DNA of 63,836 bases, counting the filler, from Sphacelaria rigidula (taxonomy: Eukaryota): NCBI GenBank assembly GCA_964200075.2. It is 9 parts of 9 records of this genome, joined end to end, with 100 filler letters (N's around TTAATTAATTAA, not from the genome) between each part and the next. Parts side by side here need not be neighbours in the genome. Positions count along the whole stretch, not along the records: positions 1 to 7,005 come from CAXNAA020016993.1; positions 7,106 to 14,109 come from CAXNAA020016994.1; 7 more parts are not named here. One strand, written 5' to 3'. Positions 1 through 10,100 of the stretch are shown here, one piece after another; position 1 is the first letter of the stretch, and the number at the start of each line of letters is the position of its first letter. The translations under genes were made by a program, and so were the position numbers. The notes below the pieces were generated by a model, which worked only from the letters and a program-made list of their open reading frames with translations, did no database searches and was not told the origin of the DNA.

Positions 1-269
1 AAATCAAATCGGACACCGTTAAGGGCTCGTATAAACATAACGGACTTTACTTATGGGACAGAGGAAGTACGAATATTCGTAGCGCGGATGCATGTTTTTG
101 TGTAGTTGTGTGTGTGTTTTGCGTATCTACGTTTTTTTGTTTTTCATGGAACTCTGTGTGTAAGTCCGCGTGATTTGACGTTTCATGCAATCGTAGCAGA
201 GAGGATGACTTTTCGTTCGTTTGTTTGATTTGGGGGGGGGGGTGGGAGGTCTAGATTGTTTCACTTCTG

Positions 270-585
270 CAGTTTTTTTTTGTTTTTCTTCCTCACACGT
301 TGAACCCGTTCCCTTCCTCGGGATGAGTCCGTGGTCTCAAGGGATTCAACTCATGTCTCCCCCGGTACGTGCCTTTCATTTTGGTCTCTCGCGGATTGGG
401 TAAGCACTTCCGCGCCGCGTCAACTCACGTCACACAACCCCAGTCGACTACTTTGTTTACTCACGTTCTCACGTTTTCCACGGTGGAAATCATACATCAC
501 GAAGAAAAAACCGACGCATCGGGAATCGAACCCCCGTTCTCTCCACCATAATGGTGGCAGTCGGACCATTACACCACCGGGGCGC
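270..585 (-). mobile_element. tRNA-derived SINE, family A
   Basis: Minus strand begins GCCCCGGTGGTGTAATGG (A box), then GGTTCGATTCCC (B box). The body is shared with 3330-3620 and 44195-44460, and it ends in an A-rich tail. Confidence 0.75.
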
Positions 586-1118
586 ACTGGCCCAGTTTTG
601 TTCCAGGGAAAATAAGAAAACGATTTTTTTGGGGGGGAGGGGGGCGGGGTTATAACACTTCACCTCGAATCAAGCGTTTGGCTTCTTCGTGGCCTCTCTG
701 TCTGCCCTTATCTCTCCATTTCACTGCACGAAATGTATAAATGTGTGTTGGGAATCACACAAGTATTGCCGTCTGGTACTGCAGTGAACAATATTGCTGT
801 ATTATAACTGCGTCTGATACTGCACACTTTCCTGTCCGCCACGGGACATGGGCGCGAACGACCAGCTGAGTCACATGCGTGCGATGTTCAGCGACCGGCG
901 TATATCTGCCTGTACAGGCAGATTCACAGAACCTGCCTGTACGATAGAACCAGTTCCACAACACGTTTGAGCAGACCCGCCAGTCTGAGAACCGACACTT
1001 TTTAAAATTCACCCACCACCCTCAATAGAGACGACGTACCGGTAGAACGATGCTCAGGAGTCAGCCTGCAGTGGTGCAGGTCTTCAACCGTTAACGTGTC
1101 TGTGGTTTCTGCACACAG

Positions 1119-1206
1119 ATATGTGTATATATATGTATGTATATGTATGTATGTATATGTATGTATGTATATGTATATATGTATGTATGTATGTATATAT
1201 ATATAT
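1119..1206. repeat. (TA/TATG)n microsatellite
   Basis: Visible simple repeat. Confidence 0.9.
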
Positions 1207-1749
1207 GGGGGTAGCAGGGAGAGGTAGCATGCGCACAAAATACCATCATGTATGATGTGGAAGATGATGAAGGAACACGAGCCTCACATGGCGTATCAAT
1301 TACTCGCTATGCATAGTACAATGTAGCATCCGAATGCCGGATGCGGTGCGCAACAGTTTGGCAGTGCTGGCAGCTACCAACACCAGTAGAGTTTACTATT
1401 TGGTGGCATGGAATTTACCCGGATGTTTGTTACTTGATTGAAGTGTGAACACCGCGATTCGGATATTTATTGTAGTAGGGCTGACAGTCCTAAATGCTCT
1501 CAGCGTGCGCAGAACGCGCTTTTGTCTCCGGCGCCGGTTTGAGGTCTACCAACGCCGCACTTTGCCTAGGGAACACTTTTGCATCCCCCTCGCCCGAGGG
1601 TTCTCGGTATGCCTTAGGTTGGGGCTAGGGTTGGGGTTAGCGCTAGTTCGAGATAACGCATTTCCGGGGAATTTCTTGTCAAACCAAGTGGTAAACCGAC
1701 GTTTCCCACACACTCCTCCCTATTTACGCACGCTGACCTGCCCGAAAAG

Positions 1750-1884
1750 GTTCGGATCCTGCGGGCGATCCAGCACCCACATGTGGTGAAGATCTACCAG
1801 TTCTACCAGGATGACCGGGATTTCGACTACGTGGTGCTGGAGAACTTGGCAGGAGGGGAGCTGTTTGACCACATCGCGGCCAAG
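1750..1884 (+). CDS. CaMK-family protein kinase, internal exon (subdomains III-V)
   Basis: AG acceptor at 1748-49, GT donor at 1885; 45 codons, phase 0. Encodes VRILRAIQHPHVVKIYQFYQDDRDFDYVVLENLAGGELFDHIAAK. N-terminal exons were not found in this contig. Confidence 0.9.
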
Positions 1885-2075
1885 GTACATGTACATATAC
1901 GCACCCACTTAAGGGGCGGGGGGGTTCTTTTGCCATACTCCACTGGCGCGAGTCTCTGTTGCTTTTGGATGTGAGGTCATGCACGCCTCATCATCACGTG
2001 ATGTGACGACTGGGAGAGGATCGTTCGGGAAGACATGTGGTGCTGCATTGTGCGTATTCTGTAGTTGATCCCTAA

Positions 2076-2537
2076 GACCACTTTGTATGGCAACCAATCC
2101 GTATTTGTACAAATATGGAGATTTCAGCCCGTTTTAATCCGATTTTTTCTCCCGTGGATTGATTTTTCGGCCCCCAGTCCGTTGAGCAATGTTTTTTGCC
2201 TAGCTGTGAGGAAACCAGATCAACTCTCCGATTCCCCGGGCGCTGACTTTTGGTCCATCACCTTTCTGCTCAGATCGGGAGACTCTCGCATCTCCCCCGA
2301 ATCTGGGGCCCAAATCGGGGGAGATGCGAGAGTCTCCCGATCTGAGCAGAAAGGTGATGGACCAAAAGTCAGCGCCCAGGGAATCGGAGAGTTGATCTGG
2401 TTTCCTCACAGCTAGGCGAAAAACATTGCCCAACGGACTGGGGGCCGAAAAATCAATCCACGGGAGAAAATCGGATTAAAACGGGCTGAAATCTCCATAT
2501 TTGTACAAATACGGATTGGTTGCCATACAAAGTGGTC
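2076..2537. mobile_element. Foldback MITE (near-perfect 462-bp palindrome) with TAA TSD, PIF/Harbinger (Tourist)-like, in a kinase intron
   Basis: Ends GACCACTTTGTATGGCAACC...GGTTGCCATACAAAGTGGTC. Arms of ~230 bp are complementary with few mismatches. TAA lies at 2073-2075 and 2538-2540. Confidence 0.88.
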
Positions 2538-3041
2538 TAACGCGCCCATATTTATATGTGTCATACTCCACTGTTATCCAGCGTATGTCATAGTCCAATG
2601 TGCGTGTGTGCTCACCCATCGGCTGATTCGGCGTCATGTTCACTTGATGAATGACTGTCAGACAGGCGTCTGTCTGCGGGGCCACTCTCAAGGGGTTGAA
2701 GTTGTCGAAAGCCACGTCTTGAGTTTCATTGAAAAAGATGTGGTGCTCCCGTTCCAAAAAGTTGGGTGCTTGCGTTGCGCCAGGCTATCGATTCACGCAT
2801 ATGTATGCGCACGCGACAGCATCGTAAAATTTTTATTTCATTTTTCGCGCTTAGCGCATTCGGTTTTTTTTTCTTCAGGCAAGAGAAAACGGCATGCTGG
2901 CTGCGTCGATCGATCTGCGATGGATGAATGAAGATTATCCTGAAACCCTGCCGTCACGCACTCATCACTAGCTCTGACACCAATACCGATCAAAATGTTC
3001 ATACCGCCGACGTGAAAATACACACAACGCTATTTTCACAG

Positions 3042-3293
3042 GAGGGCTACAACGAGCAGGAGGCCAGGGCGATCTGCCGCGCGCTGTTGACGGCCATTGA
3101 GCACTGCCACGAGCAGGACGTGATTCACCGCGACCTCAAGCCGAGCAGCATGGCGTTGTCCTCCGACAATGCTACCATCAAGCTCAGCGGCTTTGGGCTG
3201 GCCTGCAGCGTGGCTGACGGGCCTCGCTCCGAGCAGTGCGGAACTCCTCACTATGTCGCGCCTGAGGTTTTGCAAGGCGATTCTTACGGCAAG
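3042..3293 (+). CDS. CaMK-family kinase exon (subdomains VI-VIII) with atypical catalytic motifs
   Basis: cag|GAG...AAG|gt, 84 codons, phase 0. Contains VIHRDLKPSS, IKLSGFGLA and CGTPHYVAPEVL. Confidence 0.92.
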
Positions 3294-3329
3294 GTTTGTG
3301 CTCAGAAAACAAACGGCGCGGGCGACCAC

Positions 3330-3620
3330 CGTTTTTTTCTTCAGTCTCACTTTGAACCCCTCCCCTGTTCGTCAGAACATTCCCTTCCTTGGGACGACGA
3401 GTCCGTGACCTCGAGGGATCAACCCATCTCTCCCCGGTACACGCCAATGGTCAAACGACTGAGGCAAGCAACAAATGAGTACGCCCCCCCGGTACACGCC
3501 TTGCATTTTGCTCTCGCGGATGGGGGTAGCACTCCCGCACTGCGTCAGCTCCCGTCAAAGAAGCTCAGTGAACTACTTTTTTTTACCCACATACGCACGC
3601 TTTCAACGGTGGAAATCAGA
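3330..3620 (-). mobile_element. SINE family A body (head missing), interrupted by a short LINE 3'-end insertion
   Basis: Aligns by eye with 300-490 (TCCCTTCCT..GAGTCCGTG..CCCCGGTAC..CTCTCGCGGAT..CGGTGGAAATCA). Confidence 0.7.
3446..3486 (+). mobile_element. 5'-truncated 3' end of the oligo(C)-tailed LINE, with 14-bp TSD
   Basis: AATGGTCAAACGACTGAGGCAAGCAACAAATGAGTACGCCC is flanked by the direct repeat CCCCGGTACACGCC at 3432-3445 and 3487-3500. The homologous SINE copy near 360 has the empty site. Confidence 0.85.
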
Positions 3621-4629
3621 TACTTGAATTCATTCACTAGTAATATACACAGTTGGACTCTACTACTGCTACAGCACTACGAAGATCAGAATACGACCAC
3701 AAGACAGACACATTAATCACGCAGTATGCGTTGAAGAGATTGTTCCGAAAATATATAGGGAAAAGGAAGTCAACACCTGGCTCATATACCCAACAGCAGA
3801 CGGTGACAACGTGCACGTTTTACTCTCAGGAAGTTGGCTGGACAGCTGTACTGCACAAGTCCGTCAGGTGTTGTTGCGTCAACTTTCATTGGGCTGTGTT
3901 CTTTATGTTTATTTTTGATGCACGGTGCAGTCAAAGGCACACATGTAGCTCAGATTAACGTCCAGGAGTAACATGGTGTTGCCGTGGTATATACGTACTG
4001 TGGTCATCATCCGTCGTTCATGTATCCATCTGTGTGTGTTGCCAAGACGCATAGGTCATTTCGCTTGTATGATCTCTAAGGGTACTACTCCCCTCCTTCC
4101 CGTATATTTTTTCTTCTTGCCCTATGTGCGGTTCAAATTTTTGATTTCATCAATTTGTACAGTATAATTATAAATATTGGAGAACTGTCCAGTAGGCGTG
4201 TCATCCCTGTGATGAGTCTATCAAAGCCCAGTATTACGAGGTGAAAAAGTACACGGTCAGTTCGCGCGCATATTGTCCCGTACGTATTTAAACGGATAGA
4301 CAGCAAGAGTAGATACTCTGTTGAATCGACACCAATTTGTTTTTTTATAAAAGTGTGCATGTTTCAGATGGGCACCCCTCGCGGTTCACGAGTTAAGTAC
4401 ACAAAGAGCAGAGGTACAGGCGATCCAAGATACATTTGCTATGGTTTGCAAAATAGCCCGTGGAAAAACCAAAAAGTTGTTCCGCCCGACATCACGTTGC
4501 GTTTGATCGGGGCATCTTGGATAGAAAGGAAAAACACCATCCATTCAGATCTCGTCTGGATCCTCGAGAGAAGAATTTTCAGGTTTACTCAAACCGCGAG
4601 AGTATTTATTGCCCATCCGCCTTGACTGA

Positions 4630-4765
4630 TATCACCTGGCTCACTTGGTGTGTACAGCTGTTGGTGCTTTTACCAGTGTCCGGGTTCGAGTCTTGGCTGT
4701 GCCGTTGCATCGTAGTGCATTACTCAATTGTTCAATTCGTATGGTACAGTCTACCTCTGACCACA

Positions 4766-4804
<39 letters not shown>

Positions 4805-4819
4805 CACCCCCCCCCCCCT
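4630..4819 (+). mobile_element. Short tRNA-headed SINE-like element ending in a long poly(C) tract
   Basis: A box TGGCTCACTTGG at 4637-4648, B box GGTTCGAGTC at 4683-4692, short body, then a C-run at 4769-4819. Confidence 0.5.
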
Positions 4820-4939
4820 ACNNNNNNNNNNGCCGTTTGTCATTTGTTCATTTCTTTTTTTTCCACTTCTTTTGGTTCAGGTTACCTCACCCCTCATTCC
4901 CCCCCCCCCCCCCCCCGCCCACACACGCACACCGTAAGA

Positions 4940-5030
4940 CCGTCCGTTCGTCTCGAAAGCGATGCGTAGTCAATGGTCAAGCGACTAAGGCAAGCAACAA
5001 ATGAGTTCGCTCCCCTCCCCACCCCCACCC
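4940..5030 (+). mobile_element. 3' end of oligo(C)-tailed LINE
   Basis: Encodes ..SSRKRCVVNGQATKASNK*, followed by GTTCGCTCCCCTCCCCACCCCC. Homologous to the copies at 3446, 21314 and 42627. Confidence 0.75.
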
Positions 5031-5199
5031 TAAGAGCGACAATACTGTAGCAGAAGATGAAACAGCCCATTCGGGACTGTCATCCATTTTATTATTATTA
5101 TTATCCATATGCAAGATAATTAGTGCGCTTCGGGCGAAACAATCTTAGCAGGATGCAGCTCACCCTCCATGCGACTCGCCGAACACATCACGGCGCTTC

Positions 5200-5335
5200 G
5201 CGATTGGTGATTGTTTGCGAGCCTGGTCCGGCGAAACCCCGGCGTGCTCCGTCCCGGCTTTGTAGGGATGCGAGGCTAACGGTATTGTGACCATAGCATT
5301 GCAGAATCATGCGCACTACCCCCTCCCTACCCACG
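5200..5335 (+). mobile_element. 3' end of a related LINE subfamily with C-rich tail
   Basis: GGCGTGCTCCGTCCCGGCTTTGTAGGGATGCGAGG..GCAGAATCATGCGCACTACCCCCTCCC matches the reverse complement of 28217-28317 and 21143-21213. Confidence 0.7.
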
Positions 5336-5769
5336 TACAACATAAGGGGTAGATACGAGAAAAAAGAGGTCTAAGTCGCTATTCTTGTTGTGGAACCCCA
5401 ACCCTCGCCTTCTTCGACTACGCCGTGGAGGGGTCCGCGTTTATCGTAAGGTGATCGTGCTGGTTTTGCCTGGTCTGGTTGTTCATGTTGCATGACGTTT
5501 TCTTGCGTCTTGAAGAGAGCACAAGTACAGCACGAACTGATTGGCTGCATATATCGAAAAGGAGAATGTGTTCCCTTGTACTTGAGCTATTTTTTTCTTT
5601 CCTCACCGTTTCTCCACCTCTATTTTGGTTAGCTACTGTGCCATCTTTTTTCTTTGTTTCTAGTCATTTTTTTTTTTTCAGTATTAATATATATACATAT
5701 ATACATATATATATGTGTCTTCTCGTTATTTCCTGCTTTTACCCTTCTTCTTGTTCGCCGTATCCACAG

Positions 5770-5928
5770 CCTGTGGACATGTGGAGCATGGGCGTGATCA
5801 TGTACACCATCCTCTCGGGCTCTCTCCCCTTCAAGGCCATGAGACAGGCCACACTGTTCCGCAAGATCAAGGAGGGTAGTTACAACTTCAGGTCCAACAG
5901 CTGGAACAATGTGTCCTCTACGGCCAAG
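5770..5928 (+). CDS. CaMK-family kinase exon (subdomains IX-X)
   Basis: cag|CCT...AAG|gt, 53 codons, phase 0. Encodes PVDMWSMGVIMYTILSGSLPF...WNNVSSTAK. Confidence 0.92.
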
Positions 5929-6492
5929 GTACCCACGCAACTCTTTTTTTATATAATATTTTGGTCGTTATCCAGCAGAGATAGGTCCGCGAGTAGAAGG
6001 CGGTTATCACCAAGCATCGGGTACCTGTGTTTTTGGTAAGCGCATGAAGACGAGAGTAGGGAGTTCCTCTTATTCGTTTGAGATGACTGCTGTGCTTGCG
6101 TTCGTTGTAGTGTGTCATACTCTTGTGCGGTGTGTGCATTCCCAGCGTGCTTGCCTCGTGGTTTCCTTCTCTCGTGCTTTCCTCGTTCGTGTCCTGTTGT
6201 GTATACGGATTACTTACGTAAAATGTTTGCAGCATTCGTCCATGACTTGACAAAAAAATGATTTCGTGTTTCTCAATTTTATCATGATTATGTTACCAGA
6301 CGGTTCCTCCACAACGCCCAGGTGTCAATATTTCAATGTGTTTGTTCGTCTTTTGAATTGACGTTGTGATAGCTTGAGGAACCACTGCCGGGCACAGAGC
6401 TAAGAGGGGTGTACTTGTTTTGAATGTAACTTTGTTTTCGTTTTGTTTATTCCTCGCTCATGGTTACACCCGACGAAAACCGCGGAACGCAG

Positions 6493-6672
6493 GACATGAT
6501 CAGCAAGCTGTTGATCGTGGACAGCACGCAGCGATTGACCGCAAGGCAGGCGCTCTTACACCCGTGGTTCGAAGCCGCGGACAGGTCTCTGGCGGGCCAC
6601 GACCTCCGGGACAACTTGGAGGAGCTGCAGGTCTTCAACGCCAAGCGTAAGATGCGAGCCGCCATCCAGTCG
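6493..6672 (+). CDS. CaMK-family kinase exon (subdomain XI plus autoinhibitory/calmodulin-binding helix)
   Basis: cag|GAC...TCG|gtgaga, 60 codons. Encodes DMISKLL...RLTARQALLHPW...LQVFNAKRKMRAAIQS (compare CaMKII/CASK FNARRKLKGA). Confidence 0.9.
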
Positions 6673-6727
6673 GTGAGACCAAGCGGCCGAACCCTGCCTT
6701 CGTGTGTTTCGGGCATTTGTGGTCATT

Positions 6728-6785
6728 GGGGAGAGGGTTGCACTCACGATTTTGCATCTCGTCGTCATAACACCATTGGCCTTGG
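6728..6785 (-). mobile_element. Diverged 3' end of C-tailed LINE
   Basis: Minus strand reads GGCCAATGGTGTTATGACGACGAGATGCAAAATCGTGAGTGCAACCCTCTCCCC, next to a C-rich tract. Confidence 0.55.
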
Positions 6786-7005
6786 AGGGATGAGGAGGGG
6801 GGGGGAATCGATCACACGTCGGACAGCTCATGAGCTACCTAAAATAGCTAATCGTTTAGGACTCTCAGGTCTGTAGTCCAAGATCACAAACACATGATAG
6901 CAGTCCGGGAAGCCGCAGCTCTACCTCTGCGCTACTCTGCGTGCTCAGCGTTCGAGGTGACTTTACCACTCGGTAGTTGACAGATATTTCTCGGAAATGT
7001 ATGTT

Positions 7006-7105
7006 NNNNNNNNNNNNNNNNNNNNNNNNNNNNNNNNNNNNNNNNNNNNTTAATTAATTAANNNNNNNNNNNNNNNNNNNNNNNNNNNNNNNNNNNNNNN
7101 NNNNN
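7006..7105. other. Artificial contig linker (N-TTAATTAATTAA-N); also at 14110-14209, 21214-21313, 28318-28417, 35422-35521, 42526-42625, 49630-49729, 56734-56833
   Basis: Identical 100-bp spacer with stops in all six frames, recurring every 7,104 bp. Flanking contigs are 7005, 7004 (x7) and 7003 bp, consistent with length-sorted concatenation. Confidence 0.97.
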
Positions 7106-10100
7106 GGGGGGGGTTGTGGGGGGGGGTGGGCTAGTGGGGGGGTCGGGGTGGGCGGTAGGATGTTCTTGCCCTGGGGCACCCAAAATAAGGCGCTGTGCTC
7201 TAGTGCAGTGCACGCACAAACTGACGGGCTTCCAGTGGAACCGAGTTTTGAAGTGAAATGAGCTTTTCACGGGCGGTGGTGTCGAACGAACTTCACACCA
7301 CACCAGCGTGAGGCAGCGATTTGAAAAGGGCCATGTTCATGTGGATACACCAATATTTATATAGATATCGTGCGTAACTTTCAGTCGGCGGGTACGCGAG
7401 TGACACATCGACACAAAAAAAAGACAACAAACGAAGGTCATGCGTGCTCCCACGTTCGATATCTGGGACCACAACTGGCAGAACACACTCGACTTAACCC
7501 GGAATCCCGACATGCCTCGGTGAGGGATGAGCTCGCGAGAGAGTAACGCCACTAGTGATGGATGTATTTCGATTTCTTGTCATGCCTCGTCGACCGGGCG
7601 GATGAATAGATGCGAGCAAGGGTATGCAACCGGGAACAGCTGTTGAAGCCGTTGCTGTGTGCAATAATTTGTCGTTGTGGACAGGTTTCATCTCTGTATG
7701 GTACTTGAGGTGGCTTCATAAATGCGAGAACGATTTCAGAGCACACTGGCGAAGGCGATCAGGAGTGTCACCTACCTGAACTTTCAGACATGATCGTCTA
7801 CAGAAAATACACGTATTTGCTCAACCATTACACTTGGCGACCAACTCACAACTGAACCCCAATCCAGGAGGAAGAGAACGACCGACGTAATATTCACCAC
7901 CTCAGTATACATGCAGAAGTAGTTTTCCCAATCCATCAATGAGCAAGCTGGACAGGGACGAACTCCTCACTACTGATGTACTCTTGTGCACGCAGTCTAG
8001 ACTGAAACTACTACGGTAAACTGACAACTCAACACAGTACCATACATGTCTGCCGTCATTAGGGGGCGGAGAGTTTGATCAACCACGGTTGCGGATGGCT
8101 TAATCGAGGCGCTGTGTGCGGACGGGGGGGCGGTGAAGGGGTACATTTCTGCTCGTCTTTACCCCTTCCACTGTCACCGAACACATTCACCCGTGAATGC
8201 CCCTACCAACCTCGCCGACGTGCTTCGGAAACTACACCTTCACAGCGTAAGTATCCAGCTTGCACAACAGCCGGAGTGCAGCACAGGGAAAAAAATCACG
8301 TGTTCGGGTTTTACTTCGACTCTGCACACAGGGTTTTTGGGTTTCTTCCAGTCTGGAAACGAAAGATCTGGTGTTTTGAACTTTGTTCATACACATGGGT
8401 CATCATGTGTTCCGTTTTTCGTTGTTTGTGCATCCGTTTTCGTACCTCCTGCAGCCCCGGACAGTACGTTGCGTGCAGTCATGCACGCGTGTAGGACAAA
8501 ACAAGGCAAACAATGGAGATGCTGTCAACCTCGAAAATAAATAGGATTTGGGGTTTGTGTGAGGTACGGTGGCGGTGCGGCACACCTTCGGAGTACTGAA
8601 CCATTGCAGGGCCAACGACGTGGCGGTCTGTCCTCTTTTGCTGTGAGATGAAATCAAAACGACATAATAAAAGGAGAAAGAAAAAACAGCAACACCAACC
8701 CCGCGTCATCGCCCAACACATCCAAATTACGTGCTCGCAAGTGGTTGATCGCCCGTTGCGTCTCGGCTTATCCAATATTTGTGCATATGAAGATACATAT
8801 GGCAGTGGGGAGTCATCGATTCTTGTTCACGCTTGCCAAACCAGCTGTACACCAGCGGACTTCATGGACAGGCCCTTGGATAATCGGAGGACACGAGAGA
8901 GACACCAAGTCCGGGGTTCCCACCATAACACAGAGCAAGAGGTCTGTGCAGTATCGGTTCTTGTGTACAGACTACGCCAGATAGCTTAGCAGCCCCCCAA
9001 CCAAAAATCTACAAAAACACGTGCCCACATTTTGGGGGGTCTGATGTGAACCGTTCGCCCGGAATAGTCGTGCCCGAGAGCATATCCGAGACATGGGACA
9101 TTGATCTAGAGCAGCTCGCGTATCTCCGCACACTTGACCGATGTACTTTGACTGCTAGTAGAGTCCACACAGGACCGTGGTCGAAAACATCGACGGTGTA
9201 GTTGACAGTGCTTCCGCCCGGGCTATCTGTACGGAGCCGACTATAATCACGACTGTACAGGTGTATTATGTACGGTAAATCTCCTACCCACAACCTCCGT
9301 GAACAAGCAACAGGGCAAATTGAAAAACACGCGTCAACTAAATACCATAGGAAAAATTGAAACAGACGAGTTCTGTTCATCAGCTGGCGTTGGCAGCAAA
9401 ACGAACATAAAACCAGGAGTTTTTGAAAAAAAATAAAGCCTGCTTCGCAGAGGTGCGGCTGCAGTCGAGCTCACCTATTTGCCGCGGATGAAGCTGGTGT
9501 CGCGTTTGCATTACGCTCGGTCCGCATCATGATTTGGGGGGGGAACGAGCGAAAAATTCCACTTTTTTACGCCACACCTCGCCCGTGATGATCGAACTAA
9601 AAAATCAAGCGTAAAGGGTCAGCCAACGCGCCGATGTCTGCGAGAGGAAGGGGAAAACAAGCAAGCACGTAGGAGACAGAGACATACAACGACAGACAGA
9701 CGTGGGCCCCCCGACGATGAAGGACGTCAGAAATACACAGCTTGCAGCTGACAGCTGCGTATCAGAAGTGAGAATGAACCGGGATAAACGCCGAACGTAA
9801 ATACCGTACGCCTGCTGTCGTAGTGACTGGGGTAAACTACTGATTATACTACTAGTATAATAGTGACCTGCGCTATTCCTGTCTGTCAGTCAACACGTGA
9901 TGTATACAAATTGTAGTGGGCAGGGAATACTACCGATCGCGCCGTCGAGTTCAACAGCAATTCAGCAAATAGCGAATACTACTGGCCACGCAGGTTCCTG
10001 TGAGACAAAGCCGTCAACAAATATGGCGTGCATCAGATGCCTTTTTGCTACCGCGCGCGTGGGTGTAGTGCTTGGCTGTAGATTACAAACCGCAGCAGTC

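Noticed and set aside
2065-2433. Mirror-image ORFs on both strands
   Set aside because: By-product of the palindromic MITE.
2928-3716. 262-aa ORF as a single-exon kinase
   Set aside because: Only 3042-3293 is kinase; the flanks are intron and SINE read-through.
9340-9400. Hammerhead ribozyme core (minus-strand CTGATGA plus stem)
   Set aside because: The stem is not followed by GAAA and stems I and III are missing.
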